From Thermoflexia bacterium (GTDB lineage Bacteria > Chloroflexota > Anaerolineae > B4-G1 > DUEL01): a DNA stretch of 64,000 bases. The translations under genes were made by a program, and so were the position numbers. The notes beneath the pieces are model-generated. The model saw only the letters and a program-made list of their open reading frames with translations, made no database searches and was not told the origin of the DNA. The DNA is taken from NCBI GenBank assembly GCA_011192125.1, contig DUEL01000002.1, positions 52,161-116,160 of the forward strand, in the 5' to 3' direction. Positions 18,349 through 27,317 of the stretch are shown piece by piece (positions within the stretch are counted from its first letter, which is position 1; the number at the start of each line of letters is the position of its first letter).

Positions 18349-19013
18349 GCCCCTGGGGGTATCTGCTCTTCACCCTCTGGTCGGCCGTCCTCGCCGTCCT
18401 CCTGCACGGCTGGCAACTGGCCGGTCTGGCAGCGGTCCAGATGGCCTTCGGCTGGGCCTGGAGCCGGGAGGCGCTGCGGATGCTGCGCCGCCCCCGGTTC
18501 TGGATCTTCGTGCTGACGGCGGTGGCCGTGGGACCGTTCCTGATCGGCGAGCCGGACCTGGTCCTGGGACCGCTTCGGATCTCACGGGAGGGATGGGCTG
18601 TCGGCGTGGAGATGGCCGGGCGAGCGTTCGTCCTCACCCTGGCCTTCAGCGTGGGCATCGGCGCCCTTTCCCTTTCCGACGTGGTGGCGGTGTTCGACCG
18701 CGTCGGCCTGCGGGGGCTGGGGTTCGCCGTCGGTGTGGCGATGAACCTGTTCGGAACCCTGCGGGAGATGGCGACGGTGACCTTCCAGACCCTGTGGCTG
18801 CGCGGGGGGCGGCGGCGGCCGTGGCTGACCCTGCGGCTCTTCCTGATCACCACGGTCGCCAACACCCTCCGCTACGGGGACGAAGTCGTGAGTGCAGCCG
18901 CGATGCGGGCCTTCGATCCGACATGGGGAGGCTCGGGAGCCCTACCTCTCCGCCGGGCCGACCTGTGGCTGCTGGCCGCGCTGGCGGTCTGCACGGGGAT
19001 TTTCTTTTCGTAG
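18345..19013 (+). CDS. ECF transporter transmembrane (T) component EcfT/CbiQ family
   Basis: Only the 3' 223 codons of track ORF 17739..19013 are coding: TTGA overlap with S-component stop, GAGGA SD 9 nt upstream; sequence LWLRGG...RLFLITTVANTLRYGDEVVSAAAMRAF typical EcfT C-terminal motif. Confidence 0.7.
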   Translation: MSPWGYLLFTLWSAVLAVLLHGWQLAGLAAVQMAFGWAWSREALRMLRRPRFWIFVLTAVAVGPFLIGEPDLVLGPLRISREGWAVGVEMAGRAFVLTLAFSVGIGALSLSDVVAVFDRVGLRGLGFAVGVAMNLFGTLREMATVTFQTLWLRGGRRRPWLTLRLFLITTVANTLRYGDEVVSAAAMRAFDPTWGGSGALPLRRADLWLLAALAVCTGIFFS

Positions 19014-19064
19014 GGGCACGGCCTCGCTGGGGAGGCTGTGCCCCTACGAGGGTACCGCCTAGAA

Positions 19065-19136
19065 CACCACAGAGACACAGAGGGCACAGGGTTCTCTCTG
19101 TATTAGAGATTCCTCTGCGCCTCTGTGGTAAAACCT
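19065..19136. repeat. CACAGAGG-palindrome element copy C
   Basis: caccacagagacacagagggcacagg...cctctgcgcctctgtggtaaaacc between convergent ecfT and rtcA. Confidence 0.8.
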
Positions 19137-19143
19137 AAACCCC

Positions 19144-20199
19144 TCACGGAGCCCCTTGGATCGTGACCCTACCAGGGGCTCCTTTCTTCCCCTCCACCTC
19201 GACCTTGACGGGCAGGAACGTTTGGACGACGGAGATGTTGGTCAGCAGGTGGTCGGTGACGGCGGAGGTGACGAAGGTGGTGGTCCCCTGCGCCAGCGCG
19301 GCGGGCAACACCAGTTGGTCGGCCAGGTGGGGATCCACCGGCGCGCCGGTCCGGTGATGGGCCAGGAGTTCGTCGCAGGCCGCCTGGGCCACTTTGTCCG
19401 ACGGCAGCCCCTTGCGGCCGTAGGCGGCGAAGCCCGCGGTGGCCTGCTCGTACTCAGCGAAGAGGAAGATGGCCGCGCCGGGCCCTGCGCTCCGCACCCG
19501 GCGGGCCTGGACGTCGGCGGGGAGCCCCGCTCCCCGCAGCACGTTGCGCGCCCGGTTGGCGATCCGTTGTGGGATGTGGGAGGGCAGGTTGGCCGCCACG
19601 CCGAACCCCCAGACCCGTCGCACCGATCCCCGCTCCGTCAGGTGCAAGGGGGCAAGCGGCCCGGATCGGCCCTCGATCCGCACCTGCACCTCCCCTCCCC
19701 CCACCGGGTAGAAACCCCAGGCGACCAGCGTGATCTCGACCTGGATGCCCATCCGGGCCACGGTGGGCAGGAAAACCTCTTTCAGGTAGTCCACAGAGGG
19801 AGCCCACGGGACGTGGGTCCCGCCGCGGAGGGTCAGGTGGGATTCCCCATCGGCGAGGGCCAGGGGGAGGAGCACCGTCTGCAGCACGAGGCCTACCGCC
19901 CCCGCGCTCCCCTGCCCGGCGATCTGGGCCACGTCGAGGGTGTACCGGCCCGGTCGGGCGGGCGACTGGGGGGCGAAACGCAGGGTCCGGCTGTCCAACT
20001 CCGCTCCCTCCACCTGCGCCCCACAGACCGCCGCGGCTGCGTGCACCGCGGTCAGATGCTGGGGGCGCAGCCCCGGCTTGGGCCGCCCGGCGCGGATGTT
20101 ATGGATCTCCACCGGCATGCCGGTGAGGACGGAGAGGGTGAGCGCGGTGCGCAGGACCTGCCCCCCGCCCTCCCCTATCGAGCCGTCGATTACCACCAT
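19144..20199 (-). CDS. rtcA: RNA 3'-terminal phosphate cyclase
   Basis: MVVIDGSIGEGGGQVLRTALTLSVLTGMPVEIHNIRAGRPKPGLRPQHLTAV closely parallels E. coli RtcA N-terminus; start moved to ATG 20199. Confidence 0.8.
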   Translation of the reverse strand: MVVIDGSIGEGGGQVLRTALTLSVLTGMPVEIHNIRAGRPKPGLRPQHLTAVHAAAAVCGAQVEGAELDSRTLRFAPQSPARPGRYTLDVAQIAGQGSAGAVGLVLQTVLLPLALADGESHLTLRGGTHVPWAPSVDYLKEVFLPTVARMGIQVEITLVAWGFYPVGGGEVQVRIEGRSGPLAPLHLTERGSVRRVWGFGVAANLPSHIPQRIANRARNVLRGAGLPADVQARRVRSAGPGAAIFLFAEYEQATAGFAAYGRKGLPSDKVAQAACDELLAHHRTGAPVDPHLADQLVLPAALAQGTTTFVTSAVTDHLLTNISVVQTFLPVKVEVEGKKGAPGRVTIQGAP

Positions 20200-20242
20200 C
20201 CTCCTTCTCCCTTGCACTTCTCTCCGCGGGACACATACCCGC

Positions 20243-21010
20243 TCAACGGTCTCGCTCCGGCTTTGTGAGGAGAGTCGACCGCTGCCTGCGGACCCCAAGG
20301 GGTCGCTTCGAGGGGATTCCAGGGCGACGGGGGTACTTCTCCGGCGTCGCGGCGACCTTGTCCACGATGACCAGGTAGCGGGTCTCAGCGATGCCGTGGA
20401 GGTGGACCGGCATCAGGCGGCGCACCTCTCCCCCCAGGATACGGATCGCCTCCTCGGCGGCATGGACCTCGGCGGGGCCGCTTTCCCCTTTCTGGGCCAG
20501 GACAGCCCCGCCGACCCGGACCAGCGGGAGGAGGTACTCGACAAGGGTGGGCATCTCAGCCACAGCGCGGGCCATCGCCCAGTCGTACCGCTCCCGATGG
20601 GCCCTCTGCTGCCCGAGTTCCTCCGCCCGGGCGTGGATCACGCGGACGTCCTCCAGTCCAAGCCGACCAATGAGATGTTCCAAGAAGGCCACCTTCTTCC
20701 GTGTCGCTTCTACCAGCGTGAGGGAGATATGGGGACAGACGATCTTCAACGGGATGCCAGGGAAGCCCGCCCCCGTCCCCACGTCGACGACCCGTGCCCC
20801 TGCCCGGAGACAGGGGGTGGGGAGCGCCAGTAAGCAGGAGAGGGAATCCAGGAAATGACGCACCTGCACCGCCTCGTAGTCGGTGATGGCGGTCAGGTTG
20901 AAGCGACGGTTCCACTCGACCAACTCCCGATAGTAGATCTCGAACTGGGTGAGGTGTTCCTCACTCAGTGAGATCCCCAGTTCCTGGGTGCCTCGAATCA
21001 GCCTGTCCAT
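20243..21010 (-). CDS. rsmG: 16S rRNA (guanine527-N7)-methyltransferase RsmG/GidB
   Basis: NLTAITDYEAVQVRHFLDSL, SAM motif VVDVGTGAGFPGIPLKI; start at MDRLIRG. Confidence 0.85.
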   Translation of the reverse strand: MDRLIRGTQELGISLSEEHLTQFEIYYRELVEWNRRFNLTAITDYEAVQVRHFLDSLSCLLALPTPCLRAGARVVDVGTGAGFPGIPLKIVCPHISLTLVEATRKKVAFLEHLIGRLGLEDVRVIHARAEELGQQRAHRERYDWAMARAVAEMPTLVEYLLPLVRVGGAVLAQKGESGPAEVHAAEEAIRILGGEVRRLMPVHLHGIAETRYLVIVDKVAATPEKYPRRPGIPSKRPLGVRRQRSTLLTKPERDR

Positions 21011-21027
21011 AATTCTTCCGTCAGTTC

Positions 21028-21104
21028 CCACCACAGAGGCACTGGGGGGCAGAGTTTCTCATTCATCTCTGATCCCTCCGCGCCCTCTGTGTCTCTGTGG
21101 TTTC
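21028..21104. repeat. CACAGAGG-palindrome element copy D (overlaps 3' end of rarD)
   Basis: cccaccacagaggcactggggggcagag...ccctctgtgtctctgtggtttcac; last 15 codons and stop of rarD lie inside it. Confidence 0.8.
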
Positions 21105-21979
21105 ACAAGAATCCGTGCCCGGCGGGTCAGTCCCGCGTCCAGCGCCAGGATGGCGAGGGCGATCCAGACGAGGCTGAAGCCGATGAGCCGAGCGGGTGGA
21201 AAAGGCTCCCGGTACACCAGGACCCCGAGGAGGAACTGAAGCGTCGGAGCGATGTACTGGAGGATGCCGACGAGGGAGAGAGGGATACGCTGAGCCGCCG
21301 CGGCGAACAGGAGGAGCGGAACCGCCGTGATCGGCCCCGCACCGACCATCAGCAGGTCGAAAAGGAAACCTGTGTGGAGGAAGGCACCCTCTCCTCGGAC
21401 CTCGCAAAACAGGAGATACCCCAGCGTAGGAAGGAGCAGGACGCCGGTCTCCAGGGTCAATCCGTAGAGCGATCCCAACGGAGCGGTCTTCTTCACCAGC
21501 CCGTAGAAGCCGAAGGCCAGTGCCAGGGTGATGGCGATCCAGGGGAAAGCGCCGTAGACAAAGGTGAGGTAGAAAACGCCCACCCCCGCGATGCCGACCG
21601 CCGTCCATTGGAGGGGCCGCAGCCGTTCGCGCAGGAAGACGACACCCATCGCGACGCTCAACAGAGGGTTGATAAAATACCCCAGGCTGGTCTCGACGAT
21701 AAACCCGGCGTTGACCGCCCACACGTAGGTCAGCCAATTGACCCCGATCAGCGCGGCCGTGATGAGGTGGGTGCGCAAGACGCGCCGCTCGCCGATCGCA
21801 GCGCGGAAGCGGGACCACCGTCGTGTGAGGACGAGGAAGGTGCACAGGGACACGAAGGACCAGACGACGCGGTGGCTCATCAGTTGGAGGGCGGGGACGT
21901 GCTGCAGCCGCTTCCAGTAGACGGGCAGCAGGCCCCATAGGGTGTAGGCACCGATGGCGTACCAGATTCCCGTGTTCAT
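21059..21979 (-). CDS. rarD: EamA/RarD-family DMT superfamily transporter
   Basis: 10 TM helices, MNTGIWYAIGAYTLWGLLPVYWK... typical RarD; start at ATG 21979. Confidence 0.75.
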   Translation of the reverse strand: MNTGIWYAIGAYTLWGLLPVYWKRLQHVPALQLMSHRVVWSFVSLCTFLVLTRRWSRFRAAIGERRVLRTHLITAALIGVNWLTYVWAVNAGFIVETSLGYFINPLLSVAMGVVFLRERLRPLQWTAVGIAGVGVFYLTFVYGAFPWIAITLALAFGFYGLVKKTAPLGSLYGLTLETGVLLLPTLGYLLFCEVRGEGAFLHTGFLFDLLMVGAGPITAVPLLLFAAAAQRIPLSLVGILQYIAPTLQFLLGVLVYREPFPPARLIGFSLVWIALAILALDAGLTRRARILVKPQRHRGRGGIRDE

Positions 21980-21987
21980 CGCCCTCC

Positions 21988-24120
21988 CTACGGACCGGTG
22001 GGGATGGGGGTCGGAGTCGTCTGCGCTCCCGGCGGCAGCGGCGTGAGCGGCAGGCCGTAGTAGGCCTCCACCACCTGCCGCACCATCGGCGCGGCGACGG
22101 TCGATCCCTCCCCGGCGTTCTCCACCATCACGACGACGGCGATCTCCGGCTGGTCCGCCGGGGCGTAGGCGGCGAACCAAGAGTGGGGGAGGGATTCGGC
22201 CCCCGGTGCCTGTGCTGTGCCCGTCTTCCCCGCCACCGGAATGCTCATCCCCACGAACCGGTGGGCTGCCGTGCCGATGGGGGAGGTGGTCACTCCAGCC
22301 AGGGCCTCTCGGATGGTCTGGAGGTGCTCCGGCGAGACAGGGAGGCTCCCCGTCGCCTCCGGCTGGAAGACGATCTCCGGGTACTCATCACCGCCCGCAC
22401 CGATCCGAGCCACGACGTAGGGCCGGTAAAGAGTGCCCCCGTTAGCGACGGCTGCCATCATCCGGGCCACCTGCAGCGGGGTCACCAGCAGGTACCCCTG
22501 CCCGATCGCCAGGTTGACGCTGTCGCCGGGCCACCAGGCCTCTCCATATGCCGCCTGCTTCCACTCGGGATCGGGCATCAGGCCAGAGAACTCCGGAATC
22601 TCCTGCAGCCCCGTCGGCACACCGAGGCCGAACGCCCGACCGAAGGTGGGGAGGATGTTCGGGTCGATACCGTCCAGGGCGAGTCCTACGGCGTAGAAAG
22701 TGACATCGCACGAGGCGGTGAGGGCGTCCTTCAGGTTGATGCTACCGTGGCCGTCCGCCTTCCAGCAGGTCTTCCGGTAGGCGGACCCCAATCCCTCCCA
22801 GTAGCCAGGACAGAAGAAGATGGTATCCGCGGTCATCCCCCCCGCCTCCAGCGCGGCGGCCATCGTCACGATCTTAAAGACCGATCCGCAGGGATAGCCA
22901 CCCTGGGTGGCCCGATTCAGGAGGGGACGGTCGGGATCGGCCAGGATGGCAAACCGCTCCGGCTCGCTGCCCGGACCGACGAAGACGTTGGGATCGAAAG
23001 AGGGACCGCTGGCCATCGCCAGGATCGCCCCTGTGTGCACGTCCATCACCACGATGGCCCCCCGTCGGTCTCCCAGGATCTGCTGGACCCTCGCCTGGAG
23101 TTCCCGGTCGATGGTTGTGTAGATGGGACGGCTGGGGACGGCGTCACGACGGGCGACGACGGAGATGATCTGCCCGGTGGGGTCCATCAGGTAAAGGGTC
23201 CCCCCATGCCGACCAGCCAGATAAGGCTCTCCCCACTTCTCCAGGCCGGCCACACCCACCCACTCGTCCCCGCGGTAGCCCTGGGCGCGGTAGGTCTCGA
23301 TCTCCTCGGCCGGGATGGGGGCCACCCAGCCGACGATGTGAGGGGCGACACCTCCGCCCCAGTAGGTACGGCCCTCCTTCTGCCGTGCCTCGATGCCGGG
23401 GATGTCGAACAGGTCGGCGTAGTCCACACTCACCTCCACAGGGATGTCGGCGATGGGGGTCCACCAGTCGGCCGGACGGCCCGCGTATCGGGCCCGGACC
23501 TCCTCAGGTGGCAGGCCGGTCAGCGTAGTCAGTGCCGAAAGGACCTCCGCCTCGTCCTCGATCTTCCCCGGCACCACGCCGACGGTGACGATAATCCCTT
23601 TGGTCGCCAGCGCCAGGCCGTTTCGGTCGTAGATGTTGGCCCGGGCGGGTATCTGGTATTCCATATAGAAGTAGTTGTTGTCCCCCAACCCCGGCCAGAT
23701 CAGGTTGCCGGACCACTCGACACCCCACCGGTCGCCGTAGAGGGATAGGGGCATCAGCGTCTCCGTGATCAGCGTGCCGACCAGCGCGGTCTCCCAGGTG
23801 ATCTGGTAGGTCGCCTGGGCGTGGGTCCCTTCCTGGAGCACAGCCCGCAGGTCGGCGGTGAGGGTGAGGACGGTCGCCGTCTGGAGGGCGGCCTGGTAGC
23901 GATGGGCGAACGTCTCCAGGTCGACAGCGGCGCGGCTGGAGGGAGAGAGCAGCCCATACATCGTCTCGTAATCCCCCTGCTCCCAGGCGTCGAGGAAGGC
24001 GACGGCAGTGGCCTCGGGGGCGTGAGGGTTGGGAGGCAAGGTGGGAGTAGGCGGAGGAAGCGTGGGCATGGGGCTGACGGACGAACCACGACAGCCACTC
24101 GCCAGCATCGTCAACAGCAT
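21988..24120 (-). CDS. penicillin-binding protein (class B transpeptidase) with lipoprotein-type signal and NTF2-like N-domain
   Basis: Transpeptidase motifs VFKIVTMAAALEAG (SxxK), SCD, KTGTAQ; N-term MLLTMLASGC lipobox; alternative leaderless GTG start at 24144 (MRRILTVGMLLTMLASGC) possible. Confidence 0.85.
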   Translation of the reverse strand: MLLTMLASGCRGSSVSPMPTLPPPTPTLPPNPHAPEATAVAFLDAWEQGDYETMYGLLSPSSRAAVDLETFAHRYQAALQTATVLTLTADLRAVLQEGTHAQATYQITWETALVGTLITETLMPLSLYGDRWGVEWSGNLIWPGLGDNNYFYMEYQIPARANIYDRNGLALATKGIIVTVGVVPGKIEDEAEVLSALTTLTGLPPEEVRARYAGRPADWWTPIADIPVEVSVDYADLFDIPGIEARQKEGRTYWGGGVAPHIVGWVAPIPAEEIETYRAQGYRGDEWVGVAGLEKWGEPYLAGRHGGTLYLMDPTGQIISVVARRDAVPSRPIYTTIDRELQARVQQILGDRRGAIVVMDVHTGAILAMASGPSFDPNVFVGPGSEPERFAILADPDRPLLNRATQGGYPCGSVFKIVTMAAALEAGGMTADTIFFCPGYWEGLGSAYRKTCWKADGHGSINLKDALTASCDVTFYAVGLALDGIDPNILPTFGRAFGLGVPTGLQEIPEFSGLMPDPEWKQAAYGEAWWPGDSVNLAIGQGYLLVTPLQVARMMAAVANGGTLYRPYVVARIGAGGDEYPEIVFQPEATGSLPVSPEHLQTIREALAGVTTSPIGTAAHRFVGMSIPVAGKTGTAQAPGAESLPHSWFAAYAPADQPEIAVVVMVENAGEGSTVAAPMVRQVVEAYYGLPLTPLPPGAQTTPTPIPTGP

Positions 24121-24152
24121 TCCGACCGTCAAAATCCTCCTCACGGGAGGGA

Positions 24153-24180
24153 TTATAACGGGGAACGGGCCGAATGTCCA
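24153..24180 (-). promoter_or_regulatory. sigma70-like promoter of PBP gene (TGGACA-17-TATAAT, minus strand)
   Basis: minus-strand TGGACA 24180-24175, TATAAT 24158-24153; predicted TSS ~24146. Confidence 0.5.
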
Positions 24181-24183
24181 GGC

Positions 24184-24289
24184 CACGAATGGACACGAAT
24201 GCACGAATGTACGCATTCGTGATTCGCGATTCGTGATTCGCGATTCGTGATTCGTGATTCGTGATTCGTGTATTCGTGCCCTATTCGTG
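24184..24289. promoter_or_regulatory. symmetric repeat array: 3x CACGAATG, centre TACG, then ~10x ATTCGYG heptamers
   Basis: Occupies the whole space between the -35 boxes of the divergent PBP and cvpA promoters (3 nt and 15 nt away respectively). Confidence 0.65.
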
Positions 24290-24304
24290 GACAGCAGCGT
24301 TCCC

Positions 24305-24332
24305 TTGTCCAATTTTGCGTCTGTGGTATAGT
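24305..24332 (+). promoter_or_regulatory. sigma70-like promoter of cvpA-mutS2 (TTGTCC-16-TGgTATAGT)
   Basis: TTGTCC 24305-24310; extended -10 TGGTATAGT 24324-24332. Confidence 0.5.
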
Positions 24333-24388
24333 AATCCAGCCCGACGGGAGGGAGGCGAGCAGGCTGAATCCACCCAGGAGAGCAATCG

Positions 24389-24934
24389 ATGACAGGGCTG
24401 GACATCTTCCTCATCTTAGTTTTCGTAGGCGTCTGCATCGCGGCGGCGGTCCAGGGGTTCATCCGCCAACTGATGAGCCTGGGGGTGCTCTTCATCGTCA
24501 CCGCCATCGTTGGAAGCACCTACCCCTACGGCGCGATAGCCCTCGCCTGGGTTCAGGAACGGGCGCCCACCCTCGCCGACGGCCTCGCCTTCCTGATCAT
24601 GTTTCTCTTCTTCACCATCGCACTAGAAGCCCTCCTGCGACGCGGTTTCCCGGTGACCCGCCTGCCGAAACTGAAGGCGCTGGACAACATCCTGGGCCTT
24701 CTCGTGGGCGTCATCAACGGTCTGATCATCGTCAGCCTGCTCCTCACCCTCATCGGCCACTCCGCCCACCGCTCGTGGGGAGAGATCGCCCCGCGGGTCC
24801 GCCGGATCTTGATCCGTGCCTACCGAGACGCCATGCTGCACCCCTACCTGGCGGCCTTCTGGGAGGGGTACCTGGCCACCCACTCCCTCTGGTTCCGCCG
24901 GACGCCACCGCTGCTGGGCTACCTGCTCCGATGA
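24389..24934 (+). CDS. cvpA: CvpA-family membrane protein (colicin V production protein homologue)
   Basis: 181 aa, 4 TM, MTGLDIFLILVFVGVCIAAAVQGFIRQL typical CvpA; stop overlaps mutS2 ATG (ATGA). Confidence 0.8.
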   Translation: MTGLDIFLILVFVGVCIAAAVQGFIRQLMSLGVLFIVTAIVGSTYPYGAIALAWVQERAPTLADGLAFLIMFLFFTIALEALLRRGFPVTRLPKLKALDNILGLLVGVINGLIIVSLLLTLIGHSAHRSWGEIAPRVRRILIRAYRDAMLHPYLAAFWEGYLATHSLWFRRTPPLLGYLLR

Positions 24935-27297
24935 TGGACCCGAAGCACTGGCAGACCCTCGAACTCCCCAAGATCCTGGAGCGGCTGGCTTCCTACACCA
25001 CGTTCTCCGCGGGGGCGGAGAAGGCCCGCAATCTGACCCCGAGCACTGACCCAGGGGAGATCCGCGCCCGTCTGGAGGTCACTACCGAGGCCCGGGCCCT
25101 GCTGACCAGCCGCCCCCAGACCAGCCTGGGGGGAGCACGGGACGTCCGCCCCCTGGTCGACGCGGCGCGGCGGGGGGTGACGCTGGCTCCGGCCGAACTG
25201 CTGGACGTCCGTCAGACGTTGATGGCGGCCCGCACCCTCCACAACCTGCTCACCCGGCTCCGGCCCCAGTTCCCCCGCCTGGCAGCCATCGCCGGTCGGA
25301 TCGCGTTCTGTCCGGACCTGATCGAGGCCATCGGCCGCTGCCTGGACGAGCGGGGGGAGGTCCGGGATACGGCGTCGGACGCGCTGCAGCGCATCCGGCG
25401 GGACCTGCGGGTGGCCCACGAGCGGGTGTTGCGCCACCTGGAACGGCTCGTCTCTTCCCCGGAAAACCATCCGTTCCTCCAGGAACCCCTCGTCACCCAG
25501 CGGGCCGGCCGGTACGTCGTCCCCCTCAAGGCCGACTTCAAGGGCCGCATCCCGGGCATCGTCCACGACCGGTCCGCCTCCGGGGCCACCCTCTTCGTCG
25601 AGCCGCTGAGCGCGGTGGAGTTGAACAACGCCTGGCGGGAACTCCAGATCGAGGAGGAACAGGAGGTCCACCGCATCCTCGCCGGCCTCTCGGCCCAGGT
25701 CGCCTCCTGCGGGGAGGAGATCGAAACAACGGTAGACGCACTGGCCGATCTAGACCTGGCCTTCGCCAAAGCGCTGTACGCCGAGGACCTGGAGGCCACC
25801 GCGCCGGAGCTGGTCCCCTTCCGGGAGGCCTCCCCGGGCGCGCGGGCCGCCCTCCGGCTGGTGCAGGCCCGCCACCCCCTGCTCGACCCCGAGACGGTGG
25901 TCCCCATCGACGTGGTGCTGGACGACGAGACCCACGTCCTGGTCATCACCGGCCCGAACACCGGCGGCAAGACGGTGACGTTGAAGACGGTGGGGCTGTT
26001 GACCCTGATGGCCCAGGCAGGGCTGCACATCCCCGTCGCCCCTGGCTCCGGTCTCTCCCCCTTCGCCGCCGTCTACGCCGACATCGGGGACGAGCAATCC
26101 ATCGAGCAATCCCTCTCCACCTTCTCCGCCCACCTGACCAATATCCTCTCCTTTATCCACCAGGCCGACGACCGCTCGCTGGTCCTTCTGGACGAACTGG
26201 GGGCCGGGACCGACCCGGCGGAGGGCTCCGCGCTGGCGCGGGCGCTCCTGGAGACGTTCCGCCGGAGCGGGGCGACCACGCTGGTCGCCACCCACTATCC
26301 GGAGCTGAAGGCCTACGCCCAGATGACGGAGGGGGTGCGGAACGCGTGTGTCGAGTTCGACCCCGAGACGCTGCGCCCCACCTACCACCTGACCATCGGC
26401 CTGCCAGGACGGTCCAACGCCTTCGCCATCGCCCGGCGGTTGGGGTTGGACGAGGAGATCGTCCGTGCCGCCGAGGCGCTGGTCTCCCGGGAGGACCGGC
26501 AGACGGAGGCGCTGCTGGCGGACATCCACCGGCTGCGGCTCCAGGCGGTCCAGGAGCGGGATGCAGCCCACGCCGCCCGGCGGGAGGCAGAGCGGCTGGC
26601 GGAGGAACTGCGGGAGCGGCTGGCCCAGATCGAGGAGGAGCGGGCGGAGATCCTGCGGGCCGCGCGGGAGGAGGCGGAGGCGGAACTGGAAGCGCTGCGC
26701 GAGGAGATCCGCGCCCTCCGTCGACGGCTCCGGGCGGCGGCCGAGCCGCTGGCGGAGGTGGCGGCCGTCGAGGAGGAACTGAAGGAACTGGAGGAGCGGG
26801 TCGAGGAGGAATTGGAGGTCGAGCCAGAGTCGGTGGCGATCCTCTCTCCCCCGTCCCGCCCGGTGCGGGTCGGCGACCGGGTCTGGGTGAAGCCGCTGCA
26901 GGCGGAAGGGGAGGTGCTGGCGCTGGGGGAGACGGTGGAGGTGCAGGTCGGACCGGCCCGGGTGCAGGTCGCGCCGGAGCAGGTGGAACTGCGCGGCGCT
27001 GCCCCTCCCCCGCCGGAGCCCACCCTGCCCTCCTACCGCCCGCCCCCTGTCCAGACCCGCCTCGACCTGCGGGGGTGCACCGTGGAGGAGGCGCTGGAGC
27101 GGCTGGACCGGTACCTGGACGCGGCCTCGCTGGCGGGCCTCACCCGTGTGGAGATCGTGCACGGGAAAGGGACCGGCGCGCTCCGTCGGGCGGTGCGGGA
27201 GTTCCTGCGCGGCCATCCCCACGTGGAGACGTACCGGGCCGGGGAGGATGGAGAGGGAGGGGAGGGGGTGACGGTTGTGACATTGGTAGGTGACTAG
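24931..27297 (+). CDS. mutS2: endonuclease MutS2 (MutS domain + C-terminal Smr domain)
   Basis: MMDPKHWQTLELPKILERLAS..., Walker A ITGPNTGGKT, C-terminal Smr LDLRGCTVEEALERLDRYLD...VEIVHGKGTGALR. Confidence 0.9.
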   Translation: MMDPKHWQTLELPKILERLASYTTFSAGAEKARNLTPSTDPGEIRARLEVTTEARALLTSRPQTSLGGARDVRPLVDAARRGVTLAPAELLDVRQTLMAARTLHNLLTRLRPQFPRLAAIAGRIAFCPDLIEAIGRCLDERGEVRDTASDALQRIRRDLRVAHERVLRHLERLVSSPENHPFLQEPLVTQRAGRYVVPLKADFKGRIPGIVHDRSASGATLFVEPLSAVELNNAWRELQIEEEQEVHRILAGLSAQVASCGEEIETTVDALADLDLAFAKALYAEDLEATAPELVPFREASPGARAALRLVQARHPLLDPETVVPIDVVLDDETHVLVITGPNTGGKTVTLKTVGLLTLMAQAGLHIPVAPGSGLSPFAAVYADIGDEQSIEQSLSTFSAHLTNILSFIHQADDRSLVLLDELGAGTDPAEGSALARALLETFRRSGATTLVATHYPELKAYAQMTEGVRNACVEFDPETLRPTYHLTIGLPGRSNAFAIARRLGLDEEIVRAAEALVSREDRQTEALLADIHRLRLQAVQERDAAHAARREAERLAEELRERLAQIEEERAEILRAAREEAEAELEALREEIRALRRRLRAAAEPLAEVAAVEEELKELEERVEEELEVEPESVAILSPPSRPVRVGDRVWVKPLQAEGEVLALGETVEVQVGPARVQVAPEQVELRGAAPPPPEPTLPSYRPPPVQTRLDLRGCTVEEALERLDRYLDAASLAGLTRVEIVHGKGTGALRRAVREFLRGHPHVETYRAGEDGEGGEGVTVVTLVGD

Positions 27298-27317
27298 GTA
27301 ACTGGGTGACTGGGTGA

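Noticed and set aside
17739-19013. 424-aa ORF as a single protein
   Set aside because: The first ~200 codons overlap the S-component gene in another frame and look non-protein-like. Only the 3' part from TTG 18345 (EcfT) is coding.
25750-27222. 490-aa minus ORF and several 200-300-aa Gly/Arg-rich ORFs inside mutS2
   Set aside because: They are alternative-frame artefacts inside a well-supported conserved gene.
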